This document shows, in pieces, positions 11,503 to 13,066 of a stretch of 13,066 bases of DNA. The position numbers were made by a program, and so were the translations under genes. This DNA is from Candidatus Vampirococcus lugosii (lineage in GTDB: Bacteria > Patescibacteriota > Gracilibacteria > Absconditabacterales > Absconditicoccaceae), in assembly GCF_018420025.1 (NCBI RefSeq), contig NZ_JAEDAM010000030.1, positions 1 through 13,066 on the forward strand, in the 5' to 3' direction. The notes under the pieces were generated by a model. The model worked only from the letters and a program-made list of their open reading frames with translations, made no database searches and was not told where the DNA came from. The stretch's first letter is position 1. Every line of letters starts with the position of its first letter.

Positions 11503-12690
11503 TTATTTCAATAAATCCTCAAACAAAGTATCTAAATCAATTTCTTCATCTTCATCTTCATTTTCATCAACAGAATTTAATTCAGATATTTTAACTTCAA
11601 ACTCATTTTTTATATTCAATAATATTGCATATATCAAATTTCTATTTTGAAATGAAAGATTAAAAGATTCAACTTGAGAAAATATACTTGATAATTTTTC
11701 CAACTTATCAGACAAAATTTCTGAATCTTCTATATTTTTAACATAATTTTGAGTCATTAATTTTATATCTTGATATTCTTGTTTATTTTTAGTATTAAGT
11801 CTATTAAACATATTATCTACTTCTTTTTTCCTTTCAGATAAACTTTTTTCAGCTTTTTCAGATAAAGTTTCTCTGTTTATTTCTATATTTTCATTATTTT
11901 CTATGTTTTCATTATTTTCTATATTTTCATCATTTATATTTTCAAATCAAACTTCCAAAACTTTTCAATTCCACCATCATAAAGTAATATCAGCTTGATA
12001 AAAATTATTTCAATCTGTATAAGAAACTCTAGCAGTATTTGATTCAATCCAATCTATATTTGTAACTTCAAAATATTCTTTACCAATAGGTTCATAACTA
12101 GACATAGATGTTATATATCTATGTATATGATTATTGTATATTTTAGTAAAATCTAAACTATTAATATATTCTTCTGTATATATTTCTTCTGGACTTTTTC
12201 CTTCAATATTTTCTTCTTCAACATTTTCTTCTTCAACATTTTCTTCTTCAACATTTTCTTCTTCAATATTTTCTTCTTCAATATTTTCTTCTTCAATATT
12301 TTCTTCTTCAATATTTTCTTCTTCAATATTTTCTTCTTCAACATTTTCTTCTTCAATATTTTCTTCTTCAATATTTTCTTCTTCAACATTTTCTTCTTCA
12401 ATATTTTCTTCTTCAACATTTTCTTCTTCAACATTTTCTTCTTCAATATTTTCTTCTTCAATATTTTCTTCTTTAATATTTTCTTCTTCAATATTTTCTT
12501 CTTTAATATTTTCTTCTTCAATATTTTCTTCTTCAATATTTTCTTCTTCAATATTTTCGTTATCTTGTTCCGCTCTTTCAAGTTCTTCTCTAAGAGCATC
12601 CAAATCATTATCTAAATAATCTTGAGAACTAACAAAATGTGTACCAAAAACAACTATAACAAAAAATGTAAATATAATATTTCTTTGCAT
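11503..12690 (-). CDS. Secreted hyper-acidic tandem-repeat protein (395 aa): signal peptide, 24 x (E-E-N-I/V-E) pentapeptides, small globular domain, ENIENN repeats, coiled-coil-like acidic C-terminus
   Basis: ATG at 12690, TAA at 11503-11505, 1188 nt. The standard-code ORFs 12010..12690 and 11503..11811 are in the same frame and join through TGA=Gly at 12010-12012 (...ARVSYTD-G-NNFYQADITLGWWNGKVLEVGFENI...). The joining segment was checked codon by codon. The N-terminus MQRNIIFTFFVIVVFGTHFVSSQDY looks like a Sec signal peptide. Confidence 0.8.
11881..11934 (-). repeat. 18-nt tandem repeat x3 (encodes the NDENIE/NNENIE hexapeptides) inside the acidic protein CDS
   Basis: Plus-strand units are TTCTATATTTTCATTATT (11881), TTCTATGTTTTCATTATT (11899) and TTCTATATTTTCATCATT (11917). 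Confidence 0.85.
12199..12558 (-). repeat. 15-nt in-frame tandem repeat x24 (plus strand TTCTTCTTCAAYATT type) encoding ENIEE/ENVEE/ENIKE pentapeptides
   Basis: 360 nt of head-to-tail 15-mers, read directly. The only variable positions are AAT/AAC (Ile/Val) and TTC/TTT (Glu/Lys) on the plus strand. All three frames on both strands lack standard-code stops here, which produces the overlapping artefact ORFs in the track. Confidence 0.95.
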
Positions 12691-12727
12691 TAATCTTTTA
12701 ATTTAAATTATAAAAATTTATATAAAC

Positions 12728-12755
12728 ATTATAATAAAGAAATTAAATAATTCAA
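12728..12755 (-). promoter_or_regulatory. Candidate promoter TTGAAT-16 nt-TATAAT for the acidic repeat protein gene / minus-strand gene run
   Basis: On the minus strand, TTGAAT lies at 12755-12750 and TATAAT at 12733-12728, with a 16-nt spacer, about 37 nt upstream of the ATG at 12690. These are the same hexamers and spacing as the dnaK candidate. The AT-rich background applies here too. Confidence 0.4.
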
Positions 12756-12772
12756 GTAATTTTTATTTTTTT

Positions 12773-12799
12773 GTGCCAGCAATGTTAAATTGTTGGTAC
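12773..12799. promoter_or_regulatory. Imperfect 10-bp-arm palindrome GTGCCAGCAA-N7-TTGTTGGTAC, an isolated G/C-containing element in an AT-rich intergenic region
   Basis: Left arm 12773-12782, loop TGTTAAA, right arm 12790-12799. Eight Watson-Crick pairs plus two positions that are G-T on the plus strand and A-C on the minus strand. It sits 18 nt upstream of the candidate -35 at 12750-12755. Confidence 0.35.
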
Positions 12800-12994
12800 A
12801 AATAAGATCTTTTTTAATTTTTAATAAACAATATTATGTATTTATATATTAAATATATTTTAGGTAATATAAAAATATTTTGTTGAGTTTAAGAATTATT
12901 ATTTGATTTTTATATTAATTATTTATACTATTATTGACATTTTAATTTTTTATTAATATTTTAAACTTGCTGTTAAAATATTTATTTTAATATA

Positions 12995-13066
12995 CTAAAA
13001 TTCATTATTCAAAAAAGTATTTAATTTTTGTTCAAAATCATCATAAACATTAATTATAGAATCTAT
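12995..13066 (-). CDS. Possible 3' end of a CDS entering from the right edge (23 codons)
   Basis: The minus-strand frame is open from the window edge to TAG (12995-12997) and reads IDSIINVYDDFEQKLNTFLNNEF. It is too short to identify or to exclude chance. Confidence 0.3.
   Translation of the reverse strand: MDSIINVYDDFEQKLNTFLNNEF

Noticed and set aside
11503-11811. A separate 102-aa gene starting at the Met at 11811.
   Set aside because: The frame stays open upstream through TGA=Gly codons and is continuous with the 12010..12690 ORF. A single 395-aa product is more parsimonious, though an internal start cannot be excluded.
12199-12558. CRISPR array or satellite, suggested by the highly regular repeats.
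   Set aside because: The units are 15 nt and contiguous with no spacers. They are in-frame within a CDS and encode a pentapeptide repeat.
12134-12619. ORF-track entries 12134..12619 (+, FSSS repeats) and 12153..12608 (-, KKKIL repeats) as real overlapping genes.
   Set aside because: They are alternative-frame read-throughs of the 15-nt tandem repeat, which lacks standard-code stops in every frame. Only the frame with a signal peptide and flanking non-repeat sequence (12690 down to 11503) is coherent.
11503-12690. Eukaryotic (Plasmodium-like) origin, suggested by the extreme AT content and EENV/EENI acidic repeats.
   Set aside because: The surrounding genes are bacterial (dnaK, recA and rsmE with bacterial signatures) and compactly arranged with hairpin terminators, no introns are needed, and the UGA=Gly code is bacterial.

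Overview
This is a very AT-rich bacterial window (roughly 20-25% GC by eye). It is only interpretable if UGA is read as glycine (translation table 25), the code known from the Gracilibacteria / Absconditabacteria (SR1) lineages of the CPR/Patescibacteria. The supplied ORF track uses the standard code and shows only fragments. Hand translation with TGA=Gly gives 10 complete and 2 edge-truncated CDS covering about 89% of the window, and every complete gene ends in TAA or TAG. On the plus strand: a partial CDS, a small RNHCP-type Cys-rich protein, a 492-aa orphan behind a perfect consensus promoter, a 1049-aa DUF2339-like polytopic membrane protein, and dnaK. On the minus strand, a tightly spaced co-directional run: a signal-peptide hyper-acidic repeat protein (24 x 15-nt repeat), a 228-aa protein resembling the N-terminal non-ATPase part of VirB4/TraE-type conjugation ATPases, recA, two tandem paralogous small membrane proteins, and rsmE. 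rsmE is convergent with dnaK and shares one bidirectional hairpin terminator with it. I saw no rRNA, tRNA, CRISPR array or recognisable mobile element. The recoding itself is established biology. The candidate new biology is the uncharacterised recA-centred gene run and the orphan and repeat proteins. All functional calls rest on motifs recognised by eye and from memory; no searches were run.
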